The notes: generated from the sequence alone by a model not told the origin. DNA of 53,288 bases from an uncultured delta proteobacterium (GCA_963755715.1 CAVWLW010000035.1:1-53288); one strand, 5' to 3'. Shown: positions 1 to 9,786, counted from the first letter of the stretch. Made by a program: numbers and translations.

Positions 1-93
1 AATCCTGTAGGATTACACGCCGGTACGACGAGATAGCTCCCCCGTCAGAGAAAGAGAGTGTCTAAATCTTCTATACAGAAGGAGGCGCGGACC

Positions 94-1000
94 ATGAAGA
101 AGTATTTGAGCCGAATCGTGTTATCGCTTCCATTTGTGATTGCTGCGTTCCTCGGTCAGGGCACAATCGCTGCGACACAGGAGGGCACCAAGATGACGGA
201 GACCGAGGCAAAGATGTTCTCGGTGAGCGCAGGGTACGAGCGTTTCATGGGCCGGTGGAGTCGCCTCTTGGCGCCCGCTTACATCGAGTTTGCCGGCGTA
301 AAGGACGGCGATCGCGTCCTCGACGTCGGTACCGGTACCGGAGCGCTCGCCTCCGCGCTAGAGGCGGCCACGACGTCGAGTGAGATTGTGGGCATTGATC
401 CATCCGCGGACTTCATCAGCTACGCGAAGAAAAACGTAAAGTCCGGTCGCGCGAGCTTCGAGGTCGGCGATGCCCAGGCGCTGCGGTTCAAGGATGCATC
501 GTTTGACCAGACGATGGCCCTGCTCGTGATGAATTTCGTCCCGGATCATAACAAGGCAATTGTTGAGATGCGCCGCGTGACCCGTCCCCAGGGGGTCGTC
601 AGTGCCTGCGTATGGGATTACAACGCTGGCATGGAGATGCTCAGATTCTTCTGGGATGAAGTGGTCGCGCTGGATCCGGCGATGGCGCCGAAGGATGAGC
701 GCAACATGAAGCTGTCTCGCGAGGGACAGCTCGGTGAGCTTTGGAAGAAGACCGGGCTGGTCAATGTCCAGGAAAAGCCCCTGGTTATCGAGCAAGCCTA
801 CACATCGTTTGACGACTATTGGGAACCGTTTCTAAAGGGAGCCGGCCCAGGGGGTGCGTACGTCGTGTCCCTTCTGACGAACGCCGCCGTCAGCTCGAGG
901 CGCGCATGCGAAAGCGCTTGCTCGGGAACCGGGACACGGCGCGTTTATCCTCAAAGCGCAAGCCTGGTGCGTGCGGGGGGAGGTTCCCAAGGCCCGCTAG
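94..1000 (+). CDS. Class I SAM-dependent methyltransferase (two apparent frameshifts near 870 and 935)
   Basis: VLDVGTGTG SAM motif and VGDAQAL; GGAGG RBS before ATG 94. The C-terminus continues in other frames (DERRRQLEARMRKRLLG, then AFILKAQAWCVRGEVPKAR*, TAG 998-1000). Confidence 0.85.
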
Positions 1001-1066
1001 GAAAAAAACTGCGCCGAACTTGCCGGCACAACACTTGTATCGTAAAGGGTCCTTTGTGCGACGGCG

Positions 1067-1123
1067 TCGATCCTTCGAACAAATCCTGTTGAGATTCGAC
1101 CGAAGCGTCGTTCGGTTCAATCC
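1067..1123. repeat. Degenerate copy of the bipartite ATTGAAyTGA-N7-TTCAAw element
   Basis: TGAGATTCG-ACCGAA-GCGTCGT-TCGGTTCAAT aligns with 15693-15725 and 2016-2038. Confidence 0.6.
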
Positions 1124-1299
1124 CAGGTGATTACTGAGCTTGACTCTGTTCTAGCGGACAAAATAGGCCGCGGGCGAGTAGGGAGATAGGCCGCCATGCC
1201 GTGCGGTGTTTGGTGGTCGGAAGATTATTGATGAGTTGGGGGAAAGAGCGATATTGCGACCCGTTTGTAATTTGAAATGCGAGCCGCGTTCGGAGAGGG

Positions 1300-1347
1300 G
1301 CCCAACGGCATCGGCGCCTCCGACGCCGGCTCACTTAAAAGTTAGAT
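1300..1347 (-). mobile_element. Short or degenerate attC-like site
   Basis: Minus strand reads ATCTAAC ... GTTGGGC (RYYYAAC/GTTRRRY) with an internal hairpin, just downstream of the minus-strand gene ending at 1405. At 48 bp it is shorter than a typical attC. Confidence 0.4.
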
Positions 1348-1404
1348 TTCGCGATGAGCATACAGCGGTCACTGCACGCTAAGAAGATGGCGCCTATGTA
1401 AGTC

Positions 1405-1673
1405 TCACGTGGGCTTCACGAACCAAATAGTAGGCGTGCCCTGCACACCAGCGCCTTTCATAACTTCGCGCAGTCGCCGCGACCCCGCAAACGCCTTGGC
1501 CTTGCTTATGCTGGCAAAATCGTGCGAGGCGGTCCGCCGTTTGGTTTCGCCACTGCGCGATAGACCGCGTGCCCCACGACGCCCATTCCTCTGCGCTCCT
1601 CGTCGAACGCGTTGTATGCCCCGCGCCACACGCGATAGTCTCGAACAACGTGCCTGATAAACATTCGAACCAT
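1405..1673 (-). CDS. Small cyclase/ABM-like dimeric alpha-beta barrel protein (one frameshift near 1535)
   Basis: MVRMFIRHVVRDYRVWRGAYNAFDEERRGMGVVGHAVYRAVAKPN joins out of frame to HDFASISKAKAFAGSRRLREVMKGAGVQGTPTIWFVKPT*; G-rich RBS. Confidence 0.7.
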
Positions 1674-1970
1674 TTTGACCCCCCTTACTGAACATCAATT
1701 GAACAAGCTCATCTGCCTTGGTGCCGACATTACGGGCTCGCGCCGTTCAACGCAAACGCTAAGGCTAAGATTTGACTGTATTCTCCATCAACTTAATCCC
1801 GGCTATCCCCTTTCTCTCCGAGAACGGTACTCAAAGAGACTCACGCACATCTTTCACGCTCTCCGCCCTTTTTAATTTTCATTCCCGATACGCCGCCTCC
1901 CGGTTGATGTCCCTCTATTCCATTCCCCCTGCGCCGGCAGATGGGCCGCCATCCGGCGTCAACCTTGGCG

Positions 1971-2040
1971 GGATCGAACTGATGCGTCGATCAACCCAAT
2001 CTCGCATGGCATCATATTGAAGCGTCGCTCAGTTCAATCC
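1971..2040. repeat. Complete bipartite inverted element (two 23-bp sites, 20-bp spacer)
   Basis: GG-ATCGAACTGA-TGCGTCG-ATCAAC (1973-1995) ... ATTGAA-GCGTCGC-TCAGTTCAAT-CC (2016-2040). Confidence 0.7.
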
Positions 2041-2237
2041 TGCGGGGGAGATGTTCGTTGCAGGTATATTCGGAAAATACTGACCAGCTATATTGAAACG
2101 ATGGCTGACGAAAAAATCGATTGACAACTCGTTGATTGAAAACCTAAATTTTGAGGCGCTGTGATTTTTGTAGTGTAGATTGTTTGGGCAACAAGACGGT
2201 ACGGAAATACGAATTTACCAGACGAAAGGTACAAGAC

Positions 2238-3260
2238 ATGAAAATCGCACACGTAGGCGCAGCTCTCACGCTCGTCCTGGCAACAGGTCCGGTGATGGCT
2301 CAGAACGTCAAAATCACTCCGGTCGGTTCACACCCTGGCGAGCTTTGCGCGAACGACCGCGCGACGATATTCGAGGATCCGACGGGTGTGCGAATACTCT
2401 ACGACTCTGGACACACCGTGACCGGCGCGGACGATCCGCGGCTCGGCGACATTCACGTCGTACTACTCAGCCACGCGCACGGGGACCACATTGGGGATCA
2501 GAAGTTGAAGGCAGTGGGTGCCGGCGAGTGCGCGAACTCCGAAAGGGTGCCGGCCACACCGAACTCCACAACGGCGGAAATCGCGGCCGCGAAGAATGCG
2601 GCGATCGCCATGACAACCGATATGGGCACGTTCATTGGCCGCAAAATACAGAACATCCTCGGCAAGCCCGTGGGTCTTTGTCCTCAGACCGCCGGCGTGA
2701 CCAACGTCCCGGTCGCGGCTTCGTGCCGCTCTAACACGCATCTTGGCGGCGTGTTCATCGCAAAAGCCCCGAATGCGGCGCAGGGCGTGGAAATCACCGT
2801 AGTCTATGCTTCGCACGCGAATAATGTACCGCTCTCCCTGCTTTCCGAAGCGCAGCGGGCAAACTTGGCGCCAGACGACACGAGCATCGTTCTTGGACCC
2901 CCGACGGGATATGTGGTGAGATTCACGAACGGGCTCACTGCATATCTCTCGGGCGACACCGGCATACACACTGAGATGAAGACGGTCGTGAACGAGTACC
3001 ACAAGGCAAACCTCGCAGTGCTGAATTTCGGGCCGAGCGCGATGTCCGTGATGTCGGGCGCCTATGCCATGAATGAGCTCGTGCGGCCTGCGTCAGTCAT
3101 TATCAGTCACCCGAACGAGGCGGTAACCGAAGGCGGCAAACTAAGGCCTAGTTCGCGCACAGCCGCGCTCATCAAGCAGCTAAAAGTTACATCCCACCTT
3201 GCCATCAGCGGACGGACGATGGAGTTCGACGGTAAGGGGAAATGCGTCGCGGGATGCTGA
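2238..3260 (+). CDS. Secreted MBL-fold metallo-hydrolase
   Basis: Signal peptide, SHAHGDH motif, YLSGDTG motif; AAAGG RBS before ATG 2238. Confidence 0.9.
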   Translation: MKIAHVGAALTLVLATGPVMAQNVKITPVGSHPGELCANDRATIFEDPTGVRILYDSGHTVTGADDPRLGDIHVVLLSHAHGDHIGDQKLKAVGAGECANSERVPATPNSTTAEIAAAKNAAIAMTTDMGTFIGRKIQNILGKPVGLCPQTAGVTNVPVAASCRSNTHLGGVFIAKAPNAAQGVEITVVYASHANNVPLSLLSEAQRANLAPDDTSIVLGPPTGYVVRFTNGLTAYLSGDTGIHTEMKTVVNEYHKANLAVLNFGPSAMSVMSGAYAMNELVRPASVIISHPNEAVTEGGKLRPSSRTAALIKQLKVTSHLAISGRTMEFDGKGKCVAGC

Positions 3261-3272
3261 ACAGTAGATGAC

Positions 3273-3377
3273 GCCCAACAACGCCTTGCAGCGGACGCGT
3301 GCGAGCGTGGTCGCTTTGTCAGTAAAGCCCTCGTGCGCGGACGCCGTCTCGCGCGCCGCTGAAAGCGAGCGTTGGGC
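3273..3377 (+). mobile_element. Integron attC site (complete, about 105 bp)
   Basis: GCCCAAC (R'') AACGCCTTGCAGCGGACGCG ... CGCGCCGCTGAAAGCGAGC GTTGGGC (R'); complementary R boxes, 12 bp after the MBL stop codon. Confidence 0.85.
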
Positions 3378-3465
3378 GGCAAAAACGACTGAGCCTGTGT
3401 AGGACCTTTTGCTAGGCTGGAGTAGGTGTTCAATCCTTGAGCTGCCTTCGATTCTCAACCGAACC

Positions 3466-5118
3466 ATGCTAACGATTGACGATATCCGAGCAATCCCGTT
3501 GTTCTCGACGCTCGCAATGGCCGAACTCGAGCTGCTCGCGCGGACATCCGCCGACCTGCATCTGGGTGCCGGAGAGTTCGCCGTTCATGAGGGGGGAGAC
3601 CGCGCGCTCTTTGCGGTTCTCGCTGGCAGGATCGAGGTCGTCAAGATGGTTGACGGGATCGAACGAACGCTGGGCTGGCGCGTTCCGGGCACGATTTTCG
3701 GCGAAGTGCCGATCGCCATCGGCACGCCGTTTCCGGGCGGGTACCGGGCGTCAGAGCCCTCGCGCGTTTTGCGCGTGGAGCCGAAGCACTACTACGAGAT
3801 TGCGGCGGCGTCGCCGGACCTCTCTTTGAAGGTTGGTGCGCTCGCACGCGAGCGCCTCGGAGGGCTTCAGGGTATCGCTGCCGAACCGCCCAAGCCGCGC
3901 GTCATCATGATCGGCAACCGTTGGGACAGCGCCTGCAGCGAGTTGCGCCGTTTCCTCGCGCGCAACCAGATCACCTATGACTGGCTAACGCCCGATGCGC
4001 CTGACCTTTCGGCGCGTTGGCCCGGAACGCGCCCATCGGATGACGATTGCCCCGCAGTCAGGCTGGCCGACGGGACGCTCCTCAATCGGCCGGCCACACG
4101 CGACCTTGCCAAGCTTCTTGGGCTTCAAACCAGTACCCGCCTTGCTGAATACGACACCTTGATCATCGGTGGCGGGCCCGCCGGCCTCGCGGCGGCAGTG
4201 TACGGGGCGTCCGAGGGATTGCGTACGGTGGTGGTGGAGCGCGAGGCACCCGGAGGTCAGGCCGGGACGTCTTCGCGGATCGAAAACTATCTCGGGTTCC
4301 CCAGCGGGGTCTCAGGCGATGAACTCGCAAGCCGCGCATTGCAGCAGGCAAAGCGGCTCGGGGCGGAGATTCTGGTCACGCGCTCCGTCGCTCGCATCGA
4401 TGCGAGCACGCGTCAGGTCCACCTCGATGGCGGCGATGTCGTCCGGGCGCGGACCCTCATTCTCGCGACCGGCGTCACATGGCGTCGGCTCGCGATCGAT
4501 GGCTTCGATCGGCTCATCGGCAAAGGCATCTACTATGGCGCGGCACGCAGCGAAGCGAGCGCTACCCATGGACTCGACGTTCACCTCATTGGTGCCGGAA
4601 ACTCAGCCGGTCAGGCCGCTTTGTACTTTGCCAATCACGCACGCACGGTGACGCTTGTCGTCAGAGGTGATTCCCTGGAAAAGAACATGTCTCGCTATCT
4701 GATCGAGCAGCTCGGCGGGAAATCGAACGTGGCGGTCCAACTGCGGTCTGAAGTCGTCGCCGCGCACGGTAGCACCAACTTGACGGCGATCGACATACGC
4801 GACAACGCGAGCACAGAGGTGCGCCGACACGACTGTGGCGGCCTTTTCGTCTTCATCGGAGCCGAAGCAGAGACCGAGTGGCTACCGGAGGAGATCGCAC
4901 GCGATGCACGCGGATATATCCTGACTGGTGATGACGTGGTGAAGGCCGGGCGCTGGTCGCTCAGCCGCGATCCCTACCTCCTCGAATCGAGTGTCCCCGG
5001 TGTTCTTGCCTGCGGGGATGTGAGGTTGAGCCCGGTCAAACGCGTTGCTTCCGCTGTTGGTGAAGGAAGCATGGCAATCGCTTTCATCCACAAGTATCTA
5101 CAGGAGGCCGCGCAGTAG
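3466..5118 (+). CDS. cNMP-binding domain fused to thioredoxin-reductase-like FAD-dependent oxidoreductase
   Basis: N-terminal cNMP domain (FGE motif), GGGPAG, SSRIENYLGFP, GAGNSAG, GDVR..KRVASAVGEG; no CxxC (YYGAARSEA). Confidence 0.92.
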   Translation: MLTIDDIRAIPLFSTLAMAELELLARTSADLHLGAGEFAVHEGGDRALFAVLAGRIEVVKMVDGIERTLGWRVPGTIFGEVPIAIGTPFPGGYRASEPSRVLRVEPKHYYEIAAASPDLSLKVGALARERLGGLQGIAAEPPKPRVIMIGNRWDSACSELRRFLARNQITYDWLTPDAPDLSARWPGTRPSDDDCPAVRLADGTLLNRPATRDLAKLLGLQTSTRLAEYDTLIIGGGPAGLAAAVYGASEGLRTVVVEREAPGGQAGTSSRIENYLGFPSGVSGDELASRALQQAKRLGAEILVTRSVARIDASTRQVHLDGGDVVRARTLILATGVTWRRLAIDGFDRLIGKGIYYGAARSEASATHGLDVHLIGAGNSAGQAALYFANHARTVTLVVRGDSLEKNMSRYLIEQLGGKSNVAVQLRSEVVAAHGSTNLTAIDIRDNASTEVRRHDCGGLFVFIGAEAETEWLPEEIARDARGYILTGDDVVKAGRWSLSRDPYLLESSVPGVLACGDVRLSPVKRVASAVGEGSMAIAFIHKYLQEAAQ

Positions 5119-5173
5119 CACTGACGAGCACGGTAAAGCGTATGCAAGCCTCGCGGGTCGAAGGTGCTGCGCC

Positions 5174-5198
5174 CGGCCGCTGATGGCCATCGCTAGCC
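5174..5198 (+). mobile_element. attC 3'-half remnant
   Basis: CGGCCGCTGATGGCCATC-GCTAGCC resembles an L'/R' end (one mismatch to GTTAGCC), downstream of the 5118 stop. Confidence 0.4.
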
Positions 5199-5203
5199 GT
5201 AAG

Positions 5204-5226
5204 ATTGAACTGAATTGATCTCATAA
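5204..5226. repeat. Half copy of the bipartite element
   Basis: ATTGAACTGA-ATTGATC-TCATAA lies directly after the attC remnant and directly before the IS110 end. Confidence 0.5.
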
Positions 5227-5472
5227 ACGGAATGGCGTTCATGGCGGTTATGTCGTAAGGGATGTGACAATACCGTCAGGAAAGGAGCCATTCAATGGAG
5301 CTTTGCAGGAGCAGATCTGCACAAACGAGTAACACAGTTGGCTGTTCTCAGAGATGGGCAGCCGCCGTCACAGTTTCGTTTCCCCAACGATCCGAAGACC
5401 GTTCAGGCGGTTTTAAGGAAACTCCCCAGAGGGACAAAAATAGCGGTCGAGGCCACGGGTTCGTGGTGGAAC
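5227..5472 (+). mobile_element. IS110-family remnant: non-coding end plus truncated, frameshifted transposase N-terminus
   Basis: AAGGAG RBS and ATG 5295; FAGADLHKRVTQLAVL...TKIAVEATGSWW matches the IS110 RuvC-like N-terminus (GxDxHK...xEAT). Similarity stops near 5470. Confidence 0.8.
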
Positions 5473-5673
5473 CTCAATGTCCCTCTTTGCGTAAACCGCA
5501 TGCAGGTCAATCTAAAAAACTCAGTTCCAAAAAAATATGAAACGAACGCGCCGCGTGAAAAAAGCTCGCTGGCGCTAGCAGGTATATTGGTAATACAGTG
5601 ACCAGTGTATTGTGGTGGAGCGGAGCATCGGAATCTTGACAAGGAACTGATTGCCCAAAAGGAGGACGGAGAA

Positions 5674-6024
5674 ATGGCTTCGACAAAAGACGTTGTAGGC
5701 CGGCACTTAGAGTTTTTTGGTAAGGGTGACCTCAAGGGCATCCTCTCTGACTATGCGCCGGGAGCCGTCCTGTTCACGCCGGATGGACCGCTCAATGGAG
5801 CTGACGCGATTAGGCCGTTTTTCCAGGCCATGATTGCAGAGTTTGGAAAACCTGGCTCAGCGTTCAGCATGAAGCAGCAGTTTATCGAGGGCGACTATGC
5901 TTACATCCTGTGGACCGCAGAGACTGCCGACAACGTGTACGAGTTGGGCACGGACACGTTCGTCGTTCGGGACGGTAAGATCGTGGCCCAGTCATTCGCG
6001 GGCAAGATTACGCCCAAGGGCTGA
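5674..6024 (+). CDS. SnoaL/NTF2-like protein
   Basis: HLEFFGKGDLKGILSDYAPGAV...GTDTFVVRDGKIVAQSF; GGAGG RBS. Confidence 0.88.
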   Translation: MASTKDVVGRHLEFFGKGDLKGILSDYAPGAVLFTPDGPLNGADAIRPFFQAMIAEFGKPGSAFSMKQQFIEGDYAYILWTAETADNVYELGTDTFVVRDGKIVAQSFAGKITPKG

Positions 6025-6049
6025 AAAGACGCCGTCATTCCGGAAGGCC

Positions 6050-6114
6050 GCCCAACAAAGCGATCAAGCCGACCGGCTACGCCTGGGCTAACATTGCGCT
6101 TCAGACCGATCGCT
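6050..6114 (+). mobile_element. Two fused attC 5'-half remnants
   Basis: GCCCAAC-AAAGCGATCAAGCCGACCGGCTACGCC (6050) then GGCTAAC-ATTGCGCTTCAG (6086); R''/L''-like halves with no matching R'. Confidence 0.55.
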
Positions 6115-6132
6115 AAGAGCGACGGCGGCATC

Positions 6133-6161
6133 TTGACAAGTCTTTGCAGCCGCGGAATATT
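6133..6161 (+). promoter_or_regulatory. Putative sigma70 promoter for the DUF3597 gene
   Basis: TTGACA-N17-AATATT. Confidence 0.4.
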
Positions 6162-6223
6162 TTTATTATAAGCCGTTCAGCGACGATCTATACCGCCCTC
6201 ATCATTACTGAAAGGAGTCTGAC

Positions 6224-6619
6224 ATGAGTCTGTTCAGCTCAATCCTTGAGAAGCTAGGGTTTAGTCAAAGAGCGGAACCGAATAAGCCCGCGCCTGCTGC
6301 TGCCCCTACTTCGGCCCCACAGGCAGCCCCGGTTGAAAAACCCCCCGTGGTGGCCATCTCTGCAGTCGATGTCGTCGCGAAACTTGAGAGTCTCGCCGCA
6401 TCGAACCCGCAGAAGCTCAACTGGAAAGTCTCAATTGTGGATCTGCTCAAGCTCCTGAACCTAGATAGCAGCCTCGAGGCGCGAAAGGAGCTTGCCACTG
6501 AACTCGGATGTCCCAAGGAGAAGATGGGCGATTCTGCCCAGATGAACATATGGTTGCATAAGACCGTCCTTCAGAAGCTCGCAGACAATGGAGGCAACAT
6601 ACCAAAGGAACTTCTCTGA
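6224..6619 (+). CDS. DUF3597 domain protein
   Basis: Pro/Ala linker, then LNWKVSIVDLLKLLNLDSSLEARKELATELG...MNIWLHKTVLQKLADNGGNIP. Confidence 0.9.
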   Translation: MSLFSSILEKLGFSQRAEPNKPAPAAAPTSAPQAAPVEKPPVVAISAVDVVAKLESLAASNPQKLNWKVSIVDLLKLLNLDSSLEARKELATELGCPKEKMGDSAQMNIWLHKTVLQKLADNGGNIPKELL

Positions 6620-6851
6620 TAGCGGCCAGACGGACACTTCGGCTTTGATATTTGGGACCGCAGTATATCTAGCCGACCGACGCACTCCGACGCTTCAACG
6701 CGATGTTGTGGAGTCCTCACCAGGGGTATGCGTGTTCCATGCCGACAAAGTGATTAAGTGACCGCTACAAGCCCGACCGTGAGCGGCCAGGATTTAAACT
6801 GACTTCTCCCTCGAAACAATCAAAAGAAAAGGTTCACACGGAGCAAATCGT

Positions 6852-7244
6852 ATGAAGACAACACTCTCAACCGTCATACTTGGGCTGGTTCTCTTATTCA
6901 CCGGCGCCGCGCAGGCACAGTTATACGATGTCTACTATTATTGGGACGGCGCTCAGTACCAGCAGTATTGGCCGCAACAATATGATCTATACCCGTATGG
7001 CAACACAAATCAGTATCCGGAACAGTTATACGACCCGTATTACCAGTTACACGTTGTGCACTACCAGCTGTATCTACCGCAGTACCAGCCTTATTTTTAT
7101 CAATCCTGCTGCTTTGCCGGAGGCGTTGTTATTCCGGGACGACCAATACGAGGCAGACCGGCGAGACCAGGTGGCGTCGCCTTGTGGCGATCGTCACGGT
7201 TGCCACCGGTAGTCAACCAGTTTGCGCCAAATAGACGCCGTTGA
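6852..7244 (+). CDS. Secreted Tyr/Gln/Pro-rich hypothetical protein
   Basis: Signal peptide (AQA), low-complexity YQP region, GGAG RBS. Confidence 0.65.
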   Translation: MKTTLSTVILGLVLLFTGAAQAQLYDVYYYWDGAQYQQYWPQQYDLYPYGNTNQYPEQLYDPYYQLHVVHYQLYLPQYQPYFYQSCCFAGGVVIPGRPIRGRPARPGGVALWRSSRLPPVVNQFAPNRRR

Positions 7245-7491
7245 GCGACGTTCAATCTAACGGACTCTGATCGGTTGATTTCGCGCTGGACGCAGAACAG
7301 CAGCAAAGGAGGGCAATATGGCTGAAGAACCTCAAACAGAGCAACTCTCGGAGGAGATTAAGACATTGATTCGGGGCGCTAACTTCGGTGACCTCGCAAC
7401 GCTGATGCGCGATGGAGCCGCAAAAACAAATTGGTATTGCAATTCGAGGCCGCGTGCGGAGCGGGCGAATAAGGTGATTAGGTGACGAAAG

Positions 7492-7689
7492 ATGGCTACC
7501 CATATGAATCTAGAAGATCTCGCCAAACGTATTCGAGATGCATGCCTTGAAGCGGTCCTTCAAGAATACGAGGATGCGGGGGTACAGGGCCTGTGTGCTG
7601 AGGGGCGTTGGGAAGCAGCTGTAGGCGCGCTGCGAACACTTGATCTCGCGCCGCTGTTGCGTGAGTTCCAGCACCCGTCAGCAGATTGA
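7492..7689 (+). CDS. Small conserved hypothetical protein
   Basis: YEDAGVQGLCAEGRWEAAVGALR motif; start may be 7504. Confidence 0.7.
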   Translation: MATHMNLEDLAKRIRDACLEAVLQEYEDAGVQGLCAEGRWEAAVGALRTLDLAPLLREFQHPSAD

Positions 7690-7851
7690 TCGAACCATGT
7701 GGCAATGATGGATAGTTCGGAGGACATGAGATTTCCATCTGCAGGATCTTCCAGGATTTATCGACTTCTTTGATCCGAAGTGATTGCAAACCTGTCCTTT
7801 AGAACTCCTTAGTCTACTCGACTTTTACGACGAGGCCGTGCCGGCGCGGGA

Positions 7852-8427
7852 TCAGCGCAGACGCGCGAGAAAGTAAGCGAGATCGCCTATCTGTTCATCG
7901 CTGATCGGATAGAGCACATCCGCCATCGCGGCGTCGTAGCCGCGGCGCGTGTTGTTCTTGTATTCGCGCATGGCTTTGGCGAGGTAGTCTTCGCGCTGGC
8001 CGGCGAGACGGGGAACATTTTGTTCGCCGGAAAAATTTCCTTGATGGCAGAAATTACAGCGGTGTTGCTCGATGAGCGCGCGGGCGCGCTCCATTCGCTC
8101 TTGATCGATTGGGCCGCCAACGGGTTTGGGCGGCGGCAACTTTGCGAGATGCGCCGCTATGCTGCGCAGATCGTCATCCGTGAGTCCTTGCATCGCCTGG
8201 TTCATCGGTTCGACGACGCGCAGTTTGTCGCGGAACATGAGCAACTGAATGGTGAGATAAAAAACCGGTTGTCCGCCGAGGGATGGTACCTCGGGGATGA
8301 CCGATTGACCGGTGGCGCCGTGGCAGGCGAGACAGACGGCGAGCTTCTCTTCGAGCGCGGCGGCGTTGACGAGTAACGCCGGCAATAGGACGAGCACCGT
8401 AGCGATAACGCAAATGAGCGCCGGCAT
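7852..8427 (-). CDS. Diheme cytochrome c4/c553
   Basis: Signal peptide, CLACH and CNFCH heme motifs, P.L.GQ motifs. Confidence 0.93.
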   Translation of the reverse strand: MPALICVIATVLVLLPALLVNAAALEEKLAVCLACHGATGQSVIPEVPSLGGQPVFYLTIQLLMFRDKLRVVEPMNQAMQGLTDDDLRSIAAHLAKLPPPKPVGGPIDQERMERARALIEQHRCNFCHQGNFSGEQNVPRLAGQREDYLAKAMREYKNNTRRGYDAAMADVLYPISDEQIGDLAYFLARLR

Positions 8428-8493
8428 TTGGTTGGCAGGCGCTCATTTGGATAAATAGAAACGGGCGGTGATTCGTTCGGTGCCCCGTTTCGC

Positions 8494-9786
8494 TCAACGG
8501 TTGGCGACCTTGGCGCTGCCGTAAGTCACGCGATAAACGGCGCCGGCGTGATCGTCGGAAACCAGCAGCGATCCGTCTTTCATCACCTGCACGTCGACCG
8601 GCCGGCCGCTGTATTCGTTGTTCTGCAGAAAGCCGGTGAGAAACGGCTCCTGGGATTTTACGCTGCCGTCCTTGTTGAGCTTCACGACGATGACATCGCC
8701 GCCGATCTTCTTGGTCCGATTCCAGGACCCGTGGCGCGCGATGAAAATCGCGTTCTGGTATTGGCTCGGAAACATTTTGCCGGTGTAAAAGCGCATGCCG
8801 AGCGCGGCCGAGTGCGGCCCGAGCAGGGCGACCGGTTTCTCGAACTCGTCGCATGAGCGACCCCAGCCCAATTCTCGATCGGTAAAGTTTCCTTGGTGGC
8901 AATAGGGGAAGCCGAAATGTTGGCCGACCTTGGTGACTCGGTTGAGCTCGTCTTCGGGAAGGTCTTCCGATAACCAGTCTCGTCCATTGTCGGTAAAATA
9001 AAGTTCCTTCGTCACCGGGTGCCAGTCGAATCCCACCGAATTGCGCACGCCGCGGGCGGCGATCTCCGCGTTGCTGCCGTCGAGGTCGATCCGCCGTAGG
9101 TGCCCGTTAGTCGCCGGCGGTTCGCAGATGTTGCAGGGCGAGCCGACGTTGACGTAGAGCTTGTTGTCGGGTCCCAGGGCCATAAATTTCCAGCCGTGTG
9201 ATTGATGATTTAGAAAATCACTGTAGATGACGACGGGCTTAGGCGGATTTTCCAGATTGTCTTCGATGTTTTCGAGCTTGGAAATTTTAGTGCCTTCGGC
9301 GATATAGAGCGCGCCCTTGTAAAAAGCTAGACCGTTGGGCCGATCCAGTCCCGAAGCGATGATCTTAGTTTCACGTTTGCCGTTTTTTTCGACGACGGCG
9401 TAAACTTTGTCGAGCACGCGGTTGCTGACAAATACGGTTCCTTTGTCGCCGAGACGCAAGGAGCGGGCGTTGGCGATGCCGCTCGCAAAGACGTCGACTC
9501 TAAATCCATTGGGAACCTTGAGCTGTGCGGTTGGCAACTTGTCCGCTGCGGCGCCGAAGGGCAGGGGCGCGACGTTGCGCAGTTGCTTGGCGACTTCGGC
9601 GTTGGGGATGTCGGGCCGTCCGGGCACGGTGGTCGGTTGCGGCTGCAAGGTCGGCATCGGCTGCGATGCCTCGGGAGCCTTGCTGGGTTGCTCGCCGGTT
9701 TGCTGCGCAAAAACGGGCGGCGCGAGCAGGGTGGTCAGAATTCCGGCAAATAAGAGGTGCGCGCGCTTGGACAATGGCGTGATCAT
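8494..9786 (-). CDS. PQQ-dependent glucose/sorbosone dehydrogenase family protein
   Basis: Signal peptide; GSPCNIC, GVRNSVG, TDNGRD, HGSWNR, GRPVDV beta-propeller motifs. Confidence 0.92.
   Translation of the reverse strand: MITPLSKRAHLLFAGILTTLLAPPVFAQQTGEQPSKAPEASQPMPTLQPQPTTVPGRPDIPNAEVAKQLRNVAPLPFGAAADKLPTAQLKVPNGFRVDVFASGIANARSLRLGDKGTVFVSNRVLDKVYAVVEKNGKRETKIIASGLDRPNGLAFYKGALYIAEGTKISKLENIEDNLENPPKPVVIYSDFLNHQSHGWKFMALGPDNKLYVNVGSPCNICEPPATNGHLRRIDLDGSNAEIAARGVRNSVGFDWHPVTKELYFTDNGRDWLSEDLPEDELNRVTKVGQHFGFPYCHQGNFTDRELGWGRSCDEFEKPVALLGPHSAALGMRFYTGKMFPSQYQNAIFIARHGSWNRTKKIGGDVIVVKLNKDGSVKSQEPFLTGFLQNNEYSGRPVDVQVMKDGSLLVSDDHAGAVYRVTYGSAKVANR

Noticed and set aside
1103-1127. GTCGTTCGGTTCAATCCC resembling a tRNA T-arm
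   Set aside because: No acceptor, D or anticodon stems; better explained as a copy of the bipartite element.
3426-3436. GTTCAATCC as another copy of the bipartite element
   Set aside because: Only 9 bp match, which could be chance.
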